The position numbers were made by a program, and so were the translations under genes. From a virus (Duplodnaviria; Caudoviricetes), in the IMG/VR virus record IMGVR_UViG_3300048819_000038, positions 1 to 60,909 of that record: DNA of 60,909 nucleotides; one strand, 5' to 3'. Positions 36,429-46,689 of the stretch are shown one piece after another. Each line of letters opens with the position of its first letter. Position 1 is the first letter of the stretch. The notes beneath the pieces were generated by a model, which worked only from the letters and a program-made list of their open reading frames with translations, did no database searches and was not told where the DNA came from.

Positions 36429-37222
36429 TCCCAATTCCAGGGCGCATCGTTCCTGTACTCTCGCTCCATGCGGTGCTGCCTCTCGTAGAACTCGCCAGCC
36501 GGGGAAGAGAACAGGGCATTCGCCTCATTCCCTGCGGCGGTCAGGTATCGGTTCGCCATGTCGATTGCCGCTTCGTAGGTTGACTGCGTAGACGACTGTA
36601 TGAACAGGATACGTTGCACCTTGACCAGATTAGCTTTTGTGGACGCTATATTGATCCATCCGTAGTACGCGGCCATGTACACGGTTTGGTTATTTAGAGC
36701 CGTGTACGGGCCTTGTGGGGCCAGTAATGGGGATGCCTGATAAAGAAAGGCATCCACCTCAGAGTCCGAAAAGGTGGGAGACGTAATCCCTACGGCTGTT
36801 CCTGGAATGATGAAGTCGGATATATCCTGCAACTCCTGACGTAGCCTACCCCTGGCAGTAGACGGATCGAACGTGGCTACTACTTCCACGTAAGGAAGGA
36901 CGCGGATCTGTACATCCGGAACGAGCACCCTGGACTTATTATCCGATGCTTGCGGCTGTATAGAGAACGACCCGTAGTAAAGATTGGGCGTAATCGAAGT
37001 ACAGTCTAAGTCGTAGGAAACATTGCCTCCGAGAAGGTCAGGCTCGACATAAGAACTTGCGGTCGCATTTACAATCCCGTAAGCAGGGTTTCCAAGAGAG
37101 TCCATCAGTGTGAAAGTAACACTGTTAATAGCCGGAACAGTGCCTCCATCCGGAACGGTAAAGGGTACTACAAGCGGTTGCTTTTGCCCTTGCCGATAGT
37201 CTATGGTTGTATTGTATGCCAT
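36425..37222 (-). CDS. head-tail adaptor with an extra N-terminal beta domain
   Basis: R.RQELQD...FSDSEVDAFL C-terminal module. Confidence 0.55.
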   Translation of the reverse strand: MAYNTTIDYRQGQKQPLVVPFTVPDGGTVPAINSVTFTLMDSLGNPAYGIVNATASSYVEPDLLGGNVSYDLDCTSITPNLYYGSFSIQPQASDNKSRVLVPDVQIRVLPYVEVVATFDPSTARGRLRQELQDISDFIIPGTAVGITSPTFSDSEVDAFLYQASPLLAPQGPYTALNNQTVYMAAYYGWINIASTKANLVKVQRILFIQSSTQSTYEAAIDMANRYLTAAGNEANALFSSPAGEFYERQHRMEREYRNDAPWNWE

Positions 37223-37231
37223 GATACTTCC

Positions 37232-37636
37232 CTACGCTACAAACGCAGTACCAAGAGAGATGACCACTACGGGTGTGGGGGCTGTTGCGATATACGTAGA
37301 ACTTCCAGGGTTCGTCAGCGATCCGTTATTCGTTGCCGTAAGTGTTCCCGTACCGCCAGCAGAAGGCGTAAACGTAATCGTAACAGGAGAGGTTCCATTT
37401 AGCGTTACATTAGTGGCAGAAAAGGAACCTGCGAGTCCTGCCATCGCAGGGGTCACAACGGCATTTGTCGTTCCGTTTGCGACAAATGTAATCGTAACCG
37501 GAGAGTTAATAGACCCCGAAGAAAACGCCAGAGACATCGAATAGGATGTTGCTGGCCCTACCGGAGCAGGACTTCCAACCAGAACATCTTGTAGGTTCTG
37601 AAACCAGGGTATATGCGGAGAGAGTAGGTTCTGCAT
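37232..37636 (-). CDS. virion structural protein (Ig-like)
   Basis: T/S/G-rich; resembles the middle of 38658-41633. Confidence 0.55.
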   Translation of the reverse strand: MQNLLSPHIPWFQNLQDVLVGSPAPVGPATSYSMSLAFSSGSINSPVTITFVANGTTNAVVTPAMAGLAGSFSATNVTLNGTSPVTITFTPSAGGTGTLTATNNGSLTNPGSSTYIATAPTPVVVISLGTAFVA

Positions 37637-37646
37637 CGCTCTCTCC

Positions 37647-38645
37647 TTACGGAAGTCCAGTGAAGCTGACTGTCCTGCCGGTCATCTTTGTAAACGTATT
37701 ATCGGTAAATGTACTCACAAACGTTGCGGTTGCACTCCCGTCCGTAAAGATGCAAGTAATAGTCCACGGAGACATTGATGAATAGGTAACAGAGAGTGGA
37801 TTTCCTGCCGCATCAAACCCAATCATCGTCATAAGGTCAGCGAAGGTGTGACCGTTAATCGTCATAGATAGTATTGCAGTTGTGATCTGTGCAGTCGTCA
37901 GGATTGGTATGTTCGCCATCGCCCCGGACGTAAAGGCATTGGATGCAATCATGGTGTGTAGCGATGCCAGCGTTGCCTCGTCATTCACCGACAGTGGGTA
38001 TGTAGATGGTAGATTGTTTACTGCCACATTCCCACTTATATCTGTTGCCAGTAAGTGAGCAGGGGTTGCCAGTACCAGGGAGGACACATTGGCTAGTGCT
38101 GCCGAGGTGAATACATTGGACGAAATCATTGCATGAAGAGATCCTAGTGTTGCCTCATCCGTTCCACCAAGGTTCACTGTACTAGCAAGCGCATTGAAGT
38201 TTGTCGTAGAGAATGTATTGGCATGGGAAGGATTGGCAATAGCCGCCCAATCAATTCCGGCATAGCCAGCCTGACCTGCGCTTGCTGTTCCCAGGATCTT
38301 CCCTATGTCCACCCTACCAGAACTGTCCACCGAAAGCAGGTTAAAGTTCGTCGGCCCTCCAAGGTCAACGGAGAAGTCTACAATCACCTTGGCGTCAGAG
38401 ACACCACCCACCGTTGCGAACATAATGACTTGGCATTTATCATTCGCAGCATAACCAGATGGTATCGTCCCTGTGACCTTGTACCTCCCGGTGGAGACAT
38501 TGGTAACAGTACACGTAACAGTTCCATCGTCCGTACCATTTCGCGTAAGTGCGGCAGTAGGAAGGCTATCGGCATTGGTCAACGCGCCAGCAGAACTGTG
38601 CGTAAATCCCTGCTCCCAAAAAACATCACCCGGTCGGTATGCCAT
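37647..38645 (-). CDS. virion structural protein
   Basis: T/S/A-rich, with an internal repeat DEATL.SLH.MI.SN.FTS. Confidence 0.6.
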   Translation of the reverse strand: MAYRPGDVFWEQGFTHSSAGALTNADSLPTAALTRNGTDDGTVTCTVTNVSTGRYKVTGTIPSGYAANDKCQVIMFATVGGVSDAKVIVDFSVDLGGPTNFNLLSVDSSGRVDIGKILGTASAGQAGYAGIDWAAIANPSHANTFSTTNFNALASTVNLGGTDEATLGSLHAMISSNVFTSAALANVSSLVLATPAHLLATDISGNVAVNNLPSTYPLSVNDEATLASLHTMIASNAFTSGAMANIPILTTAQITTAILSMTINGHTFADLMTMIGFDAAGNPLSVTYSSMSPWTITCIFTDGSATATFVSTFTDNTFTKMTGRTVSFTGLP

Positions 38646-38657
38646 TGAATGACCTTC

Positions 38658-41633
38658 CTATGATATAGAACCGTTGTCTAGCGGTCGTCGTGTTGCAGAC
38701 GTTGTACCGCCGTCAATCTTTGATTGGAATAGATCCGCTACCATTGCCCCAAGATAACCGTGGTACTGCGCGGATGGGTGTATTCCAGCACTGTCAGAAC
38801 AGGCTTGACTGCTAGATCCTCCGACCATACCTCTAGCCCCAAGTGTTCCAAGTCCTCCAAGGTAGCACTTGGTATCCGGAGTTGCCGATTGGTAGGTATT
38901 AAAACCATTCGTGACAGCAGTAACCAATTTGGTTACTGCGCTGTCGTAGGTTCCTATACTGTTACCATTCCAGTTTCCGAACGGGATCAGCAGTAGTATC
39001 TGTGTAGACGATCCACATGCAGCACGAAGTTGGGTAAGCATCTGCGCCACGTCCGCAGATACGGTCGCCTGGGCTATTCCTTGCCCCGTATCGTTAGTTC
39101 CCATGTTGATTACGATATGGGTAGGAACGGGGAAAAACAGACTACTAACAAGGCGGGACTGGCCTGACCAGTAGTGATCCCAGGACTTCACACCTGACCC
39201 TACAGAGTGGAACTTAGGTACGTTGCCACTACCTCCTACGTCCCATCCCTGCGAAGCGAACCCTATATTGCCGTACTCTGCGTTCAGTGCCAGTCCGAGT
39301 GCGAATACATAACTCTTGGTAGCATCTCCATTGCCAACTCCAACTCCAGCACCAGACGTGTTCTCCGCTCCTGTAATCGAGTCTCCGAACACGATCAACT
39401 TGTTAGACCTTGCAGGTCGCACTGCCGCCGAACTCGTTGCCAGGGAGTCACACGTAAGTCCCTTGTACCGAACAGAGTTTACAGGAGTGTTCCAGCGATC
39501 CGTACCACTATCGGTCGATGTGATATAGAACTCTAGCGTGTGCGCCCCTGCTGCAAGACTGGACAGAGTTAATGTTGTAGCAGCCCCTCCACCGTTAGGA
39601 AGAGTACCAGATACCCACGGAGCATCGTCTATTGAGTATGCGTACCGAGGGTAGTTTGCTGTCGAGAGTGGCAGTACAAGTTCCGGCGTAACGTCGAATG
39701 TCATAACCGGGGAGTAGGTTCCTCCAAGAGTAAACCCTTGCACGAAATACGCACCATTCATTTGGGATTGTACGTAAGTAGAACTACCCTTCACATTGTT
39801 AGCCGCCAGCGAACCGACACCATCCGAATACCAGACATACGGAGCGGCGAAGAAGTTAGCATCGTTCACACCAAGAGTGACAGGGCCACTTGTAGCCGTA
39901 TAGCTTAGGTTGGACTGGTCGGTTATAGACGGGCTACCCGCATACGTATGTGTGAAGCTAAGAGTTTTCACGCCTGCGGTCGCATTGGGCGTGTAGGTAA
40001 ATGTTTGAGCCGCAGGCGTGCTTGTTCCACTTGGAGTGAAGGTTAATGTGGTAGGAGTAAATGTTCCACCGCCACCTCCATCCGAGGGTGTTACTACTAG
40101 GTTGTCACTGGCTTGCAGATAGCCGTTTACCGTCACCGTGAAGTTCGTACTTGGTGTGCTTGTCGCGCCGCTTGACGGGCCGGAAACAGAATACGCCGTA
40201 GCTGCCGATGGAGCGGCAGGGGTGTTTGCGGTGACTGTGTTGGTGTATACCGTACCCGCAATCGTGTCGATCTGAGCGATGCGATACAGGTAGTTCGTCG
40301 ATGCGCTGACCGTACTATCCGTATACGTAAGTGTAGCTACAGACAGACCCGTTACCACATTCGTTGCCGACGCAAATGTGGGGTCGGTAGATAGTGTCCT
40401 CTGAACCGTGTAAGTAACTACACCAGAAGAGTTCGTTGGAGCAGTCCATGTCAAGCCAACACTGTTGTAGTTGACGGGAGACGGAGCAGAGAGAGTACCG
40501 GCAGTGTACGTGGCACTTGTAGAGAACAGGGCACTGGTAAGAGTGTATGGGCTAGAGGAAAGTTCTACCCATGTAACAAGCAGGTTCGATCCACTATCCG
40601 AATGTGAACACGAAACGGACGTTCGGTTGATACTGTTATGCGTAACGAGGTCGCTTACCGTAGTCCAGGTAGCAGTTCCGGAAGACCCGGCACTGCGCGT
40701 AATATGACCAATCCCAAAGTCTCCTGCGGCATTGTACTTCGCATAGAAGCAGTGGATTAGTCCAGAGGAGTCTACTGCCAGCGACGGAGTAAGGTCATTC
40801 GTCGTCAGGTTTGTAATCTGCGTTCCGGAATTCCAGGTCGATCCGTTGTATACCGCCTCAAACCATCCGGTTCCTGAAACGAAATATAAAACATGCAGGT
40901 TTCCACTACCATCTACTATAGTAGCTATGGTAGTAATCATGCTTGCGGTAGTGAACGCCGAGGTTGCCGTACCAGAAGGCGAAGTAGCGGTTCCACCGAT
41001 GGAGTAAAAATCTAAAGAGGGCGTTGCAAGGTTGTTGACGCCCGTAAATATAACATTCGTTCCAACCGTATCAAGTCCTACCGAATACGAATGGTAATCC
41101 GTCGCGCCTCCGGACGGGGTAATAAATCCCGTATTCGGCATACTGCTTGTTGATACGGTTGGATCTGTGGCCTCATTGAGGTGCGCTGCGCCCGTGCCCG
41201 ACTCATTGCCTGCAACTATTCTCCAGTAAGTGTGCCCACCGCTTTGGTATATATTGGTGGTAGCACCTGCAAAGTTGTTATTTACAGAGAACGGAGTAGT
41301 AGACCATGCCGTTCCGTTGTACATCGTCGCAACAGCAGATCCGGAAGCAGAGGCAAGCACACAGTAAAGGTTCCCCGATGTGTCCTTCGTGATGCATCCC
41401 AGGTATCCATTTACACCCGGAGCCGTTGCGGACATACCAGTGATGTAACCGTTGTCTGTCCATGAGAGAGTTCCGTCCGCAGACGTAGACCATCGCCACC
41501 CTGTACCGTTGTTCCATACCACGTACCACAGGCCGGAACCGGAGACAGTGCTATAGACCGCAGTACGTGCGTTGGCTGCACCCATACCTGCGAAGGCCAG
41601 TGTTATTGTTCCTGTTGAAATAGGAGTCGGCAT
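38658..41633 (-). CDS. tail/head spike: beta-propeller-like, FN3 and SGNH/GDSL esterase domains
   Basis: LTWTAP...Y.VQR...YTD...Y.YRI (FN3); FGDSIT, MGTND, HPS (SGNH). Confidence 0.75.
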   Translation of the reverse strand: MPTPISTGTITLAFAGMGAANARTAVYSTVSGSGLWYVVWNNGTGWRWSTSADGTLSWTDNGYITGMSATAPGVNGYLGCITKDTSGNLYCVLASASGSAVATMYNGTAWSTTPFSVNNNFAGATTNIYQSGGHTYWRIVAGNESGTGAAHLNEATDPTVSTSSMPNTGFITPSGGATDYHSYSVGLDTVGTNVIFTGVNNLATPSLDFYSIGGTATSPSGTATSAFTTASMITTIATIVDGSGNLHVLYFVSGTGWFEAVYNGSTWNSGTQITNLTTNDLTPSLAVDSSGLIHCFYAKYNAAGDFGIGHITRSAGSSGTATWTTVSDLVTHNSINRTSVSCSHSDSGSNLLVTWVELSSSPYTLTSALFSTSATYTAGTLSAPSPVNYNSVGLTWTAPTNSSGVVTYTVQRTLSTDPTFASATNVVTGLSVATLTYTDSTVSASTNYLYRIAQIDTIAGTVYTNTVTANTPAAPSAATAYSVSGPSSGATSTPSTNFTVTVNGYLQASDNLVVTPSDGGGGGTFTPTTLTFTPSGTSTPAAQTFTYTPNATAGVKTLSFTHTYAGSPSITDQSNLSYTATSGPVTLGVNDANFFAAPYVWYSDGVGSLAANNVKGSSTYVQSQMNGAYFVQGFTLGGTYSPVMTFDVTPELVLPLSTANYPRYAYSIDDAPWVSGTLPNGGGAATTLTLSSLAAGAHTLEFYITSTDSGTDRWNTPVNSVRYKGLTCDSLATSSAAVRPARSNKLIVFGDSITGAENTSGAGVGVGNGDATKSYVFALGLALNAEYGNIGFASQGWDVGGSGNVPKFHSVGSGVKSWDHYWSGQSRLVSSLFFPVPTHIVINMGTNDTGQGIAQATVSADVAQMLTQLRAACGSSTQILLLIPFGNWNGNSIGTYDSAVTKLVTAVTNGFNTYQSATPDTKCYLGGLGTLGARGMVGGSSSQACSDSAGIHPSAQYHGYLGAMVADLFQSKIDGGTTSATRRPLDNGSIS
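38920..38936. repeat. 17-bp palindrome copy 16 (inside the SGNH domain)
   Basis: gcaGTAACCAATTTGGTTACtgc. Confidence 0.95.
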
Positions 41634-41649
41634 CTATGGAACCTTCCGA

Positions 41650-41666
41650 GTAACCAAATTGGTTAC
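41650..41666. repeat. 17-bp palindrome copy 17
   Basis: GTAACCAAATTGGTTAC. Confidence 0.95.
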
Positions 41667-42130
41667 TACTCGCCTCTTGGTAGTTCGTAACAGTGCGTAA
41701 CTATACGCATCAAGACTTCATCATTCCATAGCCTGCTGGATGGCCCCGCGTGACCGTGACTCTCCAGGCTTCTGCCGATCGTGCCGTCTACGAGCCATGT
41801 GTGTCCAATGCCACTAGGATTGACGTAGAAGGCCCAAAATAGTCTCCCCTGACCATATTGGCCTATCCCTGAATAATCCACCGGATTTAGCTTTGCGACC
41901 ATAGCACACCAACTGTACTGATCGAAGCTACCATCTGGAACGACTAACTGCTGGCCCGTCGATCTTGCGAGTACGTACTTCGTAAACCCTGAACAGTCGA
42001 TTCCGTGTATCGCAGATGTCTGACAGTATAGGGACGGTGACTTTCCGCCGTACAGGTATACGCAGTTTTCTGCTTCCAGGTTATGCAGAACGTCCCAGGC
42101 CATTGATACAGAAACAGGCGGAACTGTCAT
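41666..42130 (-). CDS. NlpC/P60 peptidase, probable endolysin
   Basis: Y.YGG...GIDCSGF...GH. Confidence 0.8.
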   Translation of the reverse strand: MTVPPVSVSMAWDVLHNLEAENCVYLYGGKSPSLYCQTSAIHGIDCSGFTKYVLARSTGQQLVVPDGSFDQYSWCAMVAKLNPVDYSGIGQYGQGRLFWAFYVNPSGIGHTWLVDGTIGRSLESHGHAGPSSRLWNDEVLMRIVTHCYELPRGE

Positions 42131-42131
42131 T

Positions 42132-42353
42132 TCAGTCTTCTCGCTTTATGCTCACCGTGATCCCTTTGGGCATCGTAGGTGAAGGACTCATGTACTTGTA
42201 AATCGTGAGGAGTGTTGTAGCGATGGCCCCGATCATTCCGGTCTGCCAAGCCTGTACTCCAAATCTCCTAGTCGCATAGTACACCCCAATACTACTTACC
42301 GGAATAAGAGCGGCTGTAATCCCGGTAAGTAGGACTTTCGTACGGGGCGACAT
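42132..42353 (-). CDS. holin-like protein with two TM segments
   Basis: Two hydrophobic segments, adjacent to the lysin. Confidence 0.6.
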   Translation of the reverse strand: MSPRTKVLLTGITAALIPVSSIGVYYATRRFGVQAWQTGMIGAIATTLLTIYKYMSPSPTMPKGITVSIKRED

Positions 42354-42772
42354 CAGTTTCCCTGTAGTCCTCCAAGTGGAGTGTTATCCAGGGATGCGTC
42401 CTGCACGACGGACGGATCTAGGTCGGCATCCGCAGAAACCGTGTCGGGGACGGGTTGCGGGGCAGGTACGAACACAGGAGGAGTCGCAGCGATAACGACG
42501 TGGGTATTAGCTGCGACAGTCTTTACCGTACCAGAAGGAACCGAGAGCACCTTCTTGGAGAGAGGGGCCGCTTCTACTTCAGGGCCGAACTTAATGTCCA
42601 GTCGGGCAATACCGAACGACGGCTGAAACTCCAGAGACTTCGGGAGTTGCTTCATTAGGTCATTCAGAAGCAGTATGACAAATGCAGGTAGGTCTTTTGC
42701 CGCTTCTGCCAGTAGGTCGATGTGGAAGTTTTCGATAGTGATACCGAAGACCACAATAGCGATGGTGAGCAT
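42353..42772 (-). CDS. hypothetical protein
   Basis: Hydrophobic N-terminus, Pro-rich tail. Confidence 0.55.
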   Translation of the reverse strand: MLTIAIVVFGITIENFHIDLLAEAAKDLPAFVILLLNDLMKQLPKSLEFQPSFGIARLDIKFGPEVEAAPLSKKVLSVPSGTVKTVAANTHVVIAATPPVFVPAPQPVPDTVSADADLDPSVVQDASLDNTPLGGLQGN

Positions 42773-42792
42773 TTTGGTTTCCGCCTTTCAAT

Positions 42793-43269
42793 TCACTGTC
42801 TTTTCAATGTATTGAATATATTTATCAATACAGAGATCGTTGCGATGATGCCGACTATGACCAACCAGAGAGAGTGTGCGCCTGTATTCTTACCCTCACT
42901 CCTCTCGACACGAACGATAAGTGCATCTATTTTGTCCGAGTTTGTTTGGTACTTCTGTTCCATCTGAGCACGTACAGAATTGATTATAGCCTCTGTTTCC
43001 GACCTGGACATAAAGGTATTTGTCTGGTCGGACAGCGCAGCACGGAACTCATTCACAGAGTCGAAACGCTTATTGTTGGCAATTTCTGCCTTTTCTACAG
43101 CACTCTGCTGTGCATCCAGCGCAAGTTTCGTTAATCTATCCTGCTGCTCGATTGCTAGTCTTAGTTCAGCCCTGTAGTCTCGTAGCCTGTCGTCGCCAAG
43201 TTTGTCCCGATCATGGAACATCTGCAACATCTTCTCATGCAGTGTCTCTATGTTCCATCCTTCGGACAT
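42793..43269 (-). CDS. coiled-coil protein with a C-terminal TM segment
   Basis: AVEKAE....RF.SVNEFR..L.D motif and hydrophobic C-terminus. Confidence 0.65.
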   Translation of the reverse strand: MSEGWNIETLHEKMLQMFHDRDKLGDDRLRDYRAELRLAIEQQDRLTKLALDAQQSAVEKAEIANNKRFDSVNEFRAALSDQTNTFMSRSETEAIINSVRAQMEQKYQTNSDKIDALIVRVERSEGKNTGAHSLWLVIVGIIATISVLINIFNTLKRQ

Positions 43270-43587
43270 TTACTTCGTGAACTTTTCTATCCTATCCAGG
43301 ATAATCTTAATGCTACCATCTCGGTAGTTATCCCCCTGCTTGATAAGGGCAATATCTTCCTTGATGGAGTCTTGACTGCGTGCAAGTTCCGTCATACGAT
43401 CCAGAACTTCCTTGTTGCCATTGCTCTGACTGTACTCCACTTTGTCCAGTCTGTATCCATGCATCGTCACCTGTACGTTGACCCATAGAACGTAAGAACC
43501 AAGTGTCGAAGTGACGATAATCATAGAGAGGATTAACTGCCCCAATGAGATAGACCTATCGAAAATAGTAGAGACGCCTTGTGTCAT
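43270..43587 (-). CDS. membrane protein (N-terminal TM plus coiled coil)
   Basis: ISLGQLI... hydrophobic segment. Confidence 0.6.
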   Translation of the reverse strand: MTQGVSTIFDRSISLGQLILSMIIVTSTLGSYVLWVNVQVTMHGYRLDKVEYSQSNGNKEVLDRMTELARSQDSIKEDIALIKQGDNYRDGSIKIILDRIEKFTK

Positions 43588-43940
43588 TGTTTTTGTCCCT
43601 CTTTGTCCTGTTCTACTAAGGCTTTTGTCAGTTCGTCCATGCCGTGTATCATCTTCCCAACCTGCTCGTTGGTGTACCTCTGACCTTCCAATAGTGCCTT
43701 CGTGGTAGCTACTTCATCTTTCTTCATCTCCACGACATCCCTGTACTCCCTGTTGGCAAGATAGGAAACACTTGCGATCAGTATAGAGGTCAGGAAAATT
43801 AAGTTGAATATAAAGCTAAGAGCCATCTGCTTCCTAGTTACAAATTCTCCCCACCACGAAAGAGGATCTGGTAGACTGGAAGCCACGGAGATATGAGATA
43901 CCCCGTCATCCTCCGGATCTTTTCCGATAATGACAGACAA
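43584..43940 (-). CDS. membrane protein (TM plus coiled coil)
   Basis: Central hydrophobic helix. Confidence 0.6.
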   Translation of the reverse strand: MSVIIGKDPEDDGVSHISVASSLPDPLSWWGEFVTRKQMALSFIFNLIFLTSILIASVSYLANREYRDVVEMKKDEVATTKALLEGQRYTNEQVGKMIHGMDELTKALVEQDKEGQKQ

Positions 43941-43961
43941 CTTGGGTACTCCTATCCTTTT

Positions 43962-44309
43962 TCAAACCTCTGTGAACAGCCTCTTTCCGCGCCACTTCTT
44001 TAGGTGAATGTGCCTGTACCTTACCTTCTTGACGGGCCAGTTCCACGGAGGAGTACCCTGCTGATCTATGTAGTTTTGGATAGGAGCGATTACGGATGTG
44101 AAGCACCCGGACAACGGATCTATGTTAGTAGTAGCCTGTGTACCGTCAATCAGTATCTCGTCCTCCCCTAGAGGAGTAGTCAGGTCGTCAATATCACTGG
44201 CATCGCAGTACTGCATAGTAGCACCACCGAGTGAGTCGTCGGTGTCACATGTCCATTCGACACCGACGCATTGTGGGGAGTCTTCCGGACATTCTGGATA
44301 GGAGCGCAT
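43962..44309 (-). CDS. acidic Cys-containing hypothetical protein
   Basis: GGAGG RBS. Confidence 0.55.
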   Translation of the reverse strand: MRSYPECPEDSPQCVGVEWTCDTDDSLGGATMQYCDASDIDDLTTPLGEDEILIDGTQATTNIDPLSGCFTSVIAPIQNYIDQQGTPPWNWPVKKVRYRHIHLKKWRGKRLFTEV

Positions 44310-44319
44310 CTCTACCTCC

Positions 44320-44652
44320 CTACGGTGCTACGACAGGCTTTCCGGTAGACGGATCTCGTACAGGTTTGGCAGGAGGCTCAACCTCTTTGGGAGGATCATT
44401 CTCCTTGGGCGGGTCTACCTCTTTCGGGGTATCGTCCTCCTCTAACTCCTGTAGCTGTTCCTCTATGAGTGCCTTCTGCAAGAGCAGGTCTTCCCTTGCC
44501 TGACGTGCAGCGATTGGATCTCCTTTGGACAGTACCGCAGAAGAGGGAAGGTCTTTCTTATGACGAATAACCTCTCCGTCAAATGCGACCACGCCTCCGT
44601 TGTCAAGTACATGTTCCATCTGCGTCCTGGTTAGTTGAAACCTATCCGCCAT
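44320..44652 (-). CDS. hypothetical protein after the capsid gene
   Basis: RBS; PK-rich tail. Confidence 0.6.
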   Translation of the reverse strand: MADRFQLTRTQMEHVLDNGGVVAFDGEVIRHKKDLPSSAVLSKGDPIAARQAREDLLLQKALIEEQLQELEEDDTPKEVDPPKENDPPKEVEPPAKPVRDPSTGKPVVAP

Positions 44653-44667
44653 TTCATTCCCCTTTCA

Positions 44668-44684
44668 GTAACCAATTTGGTTAC
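44668..44684. repeat. 17-bp palindrome copy 18
   Basis: Directly after the capsid gene. Confidence 0.95.
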
Positions 44685-44703
44685 AATTCGAGAGTCTCGA
44701 ATG

Positions 44704-45957
44704 CTACAGTTGAACCAGTGGGCATACCGTCAGGACGGCAGAACTGGCAAGTTTCTTCTTACGCGGAACCGCAGACATCGTAGACCACAGGTTCAGCCCA
44801 GGAGGGTTGCCGTTTGAGTCCGCAGATGTGACATACGAGAACGGGCCGAAGACGCTCTTGCCACTGTCCGGAGTACCGATCATGTTGGGAACCATGCCTG
44901 CCTTCGCTTCCAGTACAGGGGCGTTGGAAATCTCCCACGTGTTCAGGCTACCATCGTCCATGTCGTTCGTCAGGATGACCTTGTTGGACGGATGCAGGCG
45001 AAGGTACTGTCCAGAGGCAGGTACGTTCGGAGGCGCATTCCAGTTATCGAGGGCCGGATCTTCGTACATGAACTTGCGGTCGTCAATCTCGATCTTCAGT
45101 TCCCACATCGCTTCCAGGATCGACTTCATGTACTTGTAGTCGTTGAACGGAAGCGTGGGGGCCGCAGGAGAGATGCCCATGCGCGTTGCATAGATCGGCG
45201 CAAGGTTCTTGAACTCCGTAGTGAAGAATATGTAATTCAGCACGTAGAGCGGCATAGAAGCCCTATTGAACGTCGTTCCGTATTCCTGCTCGGCAAGAGT
45301 CTGGAGAAGTTGCATGTCGGTGATCGGGGTTGCACCAACGTTCGCGTGAGTCGATCCGGAGTTGCCGTCTCCCCATTGCGTAGAGACGGTTACGTTCAGA
45401 TCCGCAGGCATACCCCACGACATATTGAACGCCTGCCCATGCTCCGTACCGTAGGCATACGTATTGCAGAGCATCCCGATTGCCATGTGCTCGATACGAT
45501 ACCGACATCCCAAATCGAGCATTTCTAGCTGACCTACCTCGTAGGAGTTGAAAGCCGATATGTCTTCCATAACTGCCGTAGACTCCGTAAGTCCCCTGGA
45601 TAGGTTCTCCTCGATGCGGTGGAGCATAATCAGCATATCCTCGTTAATCTGCACACCGTGCTTGATCTTAGGGATGTCGTTCTGCTCCAAGCGAACCGCA
45701 AGGTTGGGAGTTTTCAGGGGCGCACGCTGACCATACCCGATGATCGGGGCGATGGTCGGACGATCCGAGATACGGGCCGCAATCTCCCCCCAATACCGGG
45801 GATGCCAGGGGATACGAGGGGCATTGGAAGCGGTAACGTTTTTCAGTTTACCATCCGTCGTACCCGTCCACCGGAAGTCACCCGCGATTGTCCGAACGTC
45901 CGCAAGTTCGTCAAACATCGAGTTGATATGTGTAACTGCAAGCAGTTCGTAAGACAT
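44704..45957 (-). CDS. major capsid protein (lambda gpE-like)
   Basis: PKIKHG..INE, R.E.MA...L, W......P..D pattern; follows protease and decoration genes. Confidence 0.8.
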   Translation of the reverse strand: MSYELLAVTHINSMFDELADVRTIAGDFRWTGTTDGKLKNVTASNAPRIPWHPRYWGEIAARISDRPTIAPIIGYGQRAPLKTPNLAVRLEQNDIPKIKHGVQINEDMLIMLHRIEENLSRGLTESTAVMEDISAFNSYEVGQLEMLDLGCRYRIEHMAIGMLCNTYAYGTEHGQAFNMSWGMPADLNVTVSTQWGDGNSGSTHANVGATPITDMQLLQTLAEQEYGTTFNRASMPLYVLNYIFFTTEFKNLAPIYATRMGISPAAPTLPFNDYKYMKSILEAMWELKIEIDDRKFMYEDPALDNWNAPPNVPASGQYLRLHPSNKVILTNDMDDGSLNTWEISNAPVLEAKAGMVPNMIGTPDSGKSVFGPFSYVTSADSNGNPPGLNLWSTMSAVPRKKKLASSAVLTVCPLVQL

Positions 45958-45972
45958 CTAAGGATCTCCTTC

Positions 45973-46689
45973 TTAGTCCACAACCCAACTGAGGTCAGGG
46001 AATGCGGCTTCGATCTGTGCGCGGGTAGGATTGGTGGCAACCCCTCCGGAGTAATCAGAAGCGATGCGGTTGATATAAGCGGTTCCTCCGTCGAAGAACC
46101 CTATACCCTGGTCGGAGAATATGTCATCCTTCATAGTTCGGGTATGGTTCAGGATGTAACTCTCTCCACGGCGAAGCGTCTGTCGCCCATCGTCCACCTT
46201 GGTAACAGCAACACCATTGGCGTGCGTCTTCGTGGTGGCAGTTACGAAGGTAACAACCGACCCGGAAACCGAGAGCACTTGCAAGAGTTCCTGCTGACCG
46301 GCTGTGTCCACCGTCAGGATGTCTCCGGGGTTGATATTCGTTACTGCGGCAAGCGTGAGGGTATAGACCCCTAGAACCGTACCACCGGAGGCGACCGTTG
46401 TGGCCGTCATGGCAGGCGACCACGGCACGAACAGGCCGATCTTGCCGCCTGCACTCCATGCCGTACCCGTATTGATACGAGAGAATACCTGTCCGTAGCG
46501 GAAGTAGGCATTCCCTGCGCGAATAACCTCACCGGAACCGGGGATGGTATAGTCGGCTGCAAGGGGTGTGTACGCGGTTGTGTCGATAGCCGCACCACCT
46601 ACTTTCCACCGAACCTGTTCTGCGTCCGCAAGGCATCCTACGACACGGCCCAGGTTCGTAGGCCCATAAGCTACTTGTCCGAAAGGCAT
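45973..46689 (-). CDS. head decoration protein
   Basis: Between protease and capsid genes; beta-rich. Confidence 0.6.
   Translation of the reverse strand: MPFGQVAYGPTNLGRVVGCLADAEQVRWKVGGAAIDTTAYTPLAADYTIPGSGEVIRAGNAYFRYGQVFSRINTGTAWSAGGKIGLFVPWSPAMTATTVASGGTVLGVYTLTLAAVTNINPGDILTVDTAGQQELLQVLSVSGSVVTFVTATTKTHANGVAVTKVDDGRQTLRRGESYILNHTRTMKDDIFSDQGIGFFDGGTAYINRIASDYSGGVATNPTRAQIEAAFPDLSWVVD

Noticed and set aside
26132-38660. In-frame gene pairs separated only by TAG (26142/26132, 37232/37222, 38658/38645; also 2010/2020 and 4883/4893) as readthrough fusions
   Set aside because: The TAG overlaps the RBS of the next gene, so 9-12 nt spacing is expected and being in frame is a one-in-three chance; each downstream gene has its own RBS
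44807-46374. Long + strand ORFs over the capsid and decoration genes
   Set aside because: Antisense shadows of well-supported - strand structural genes
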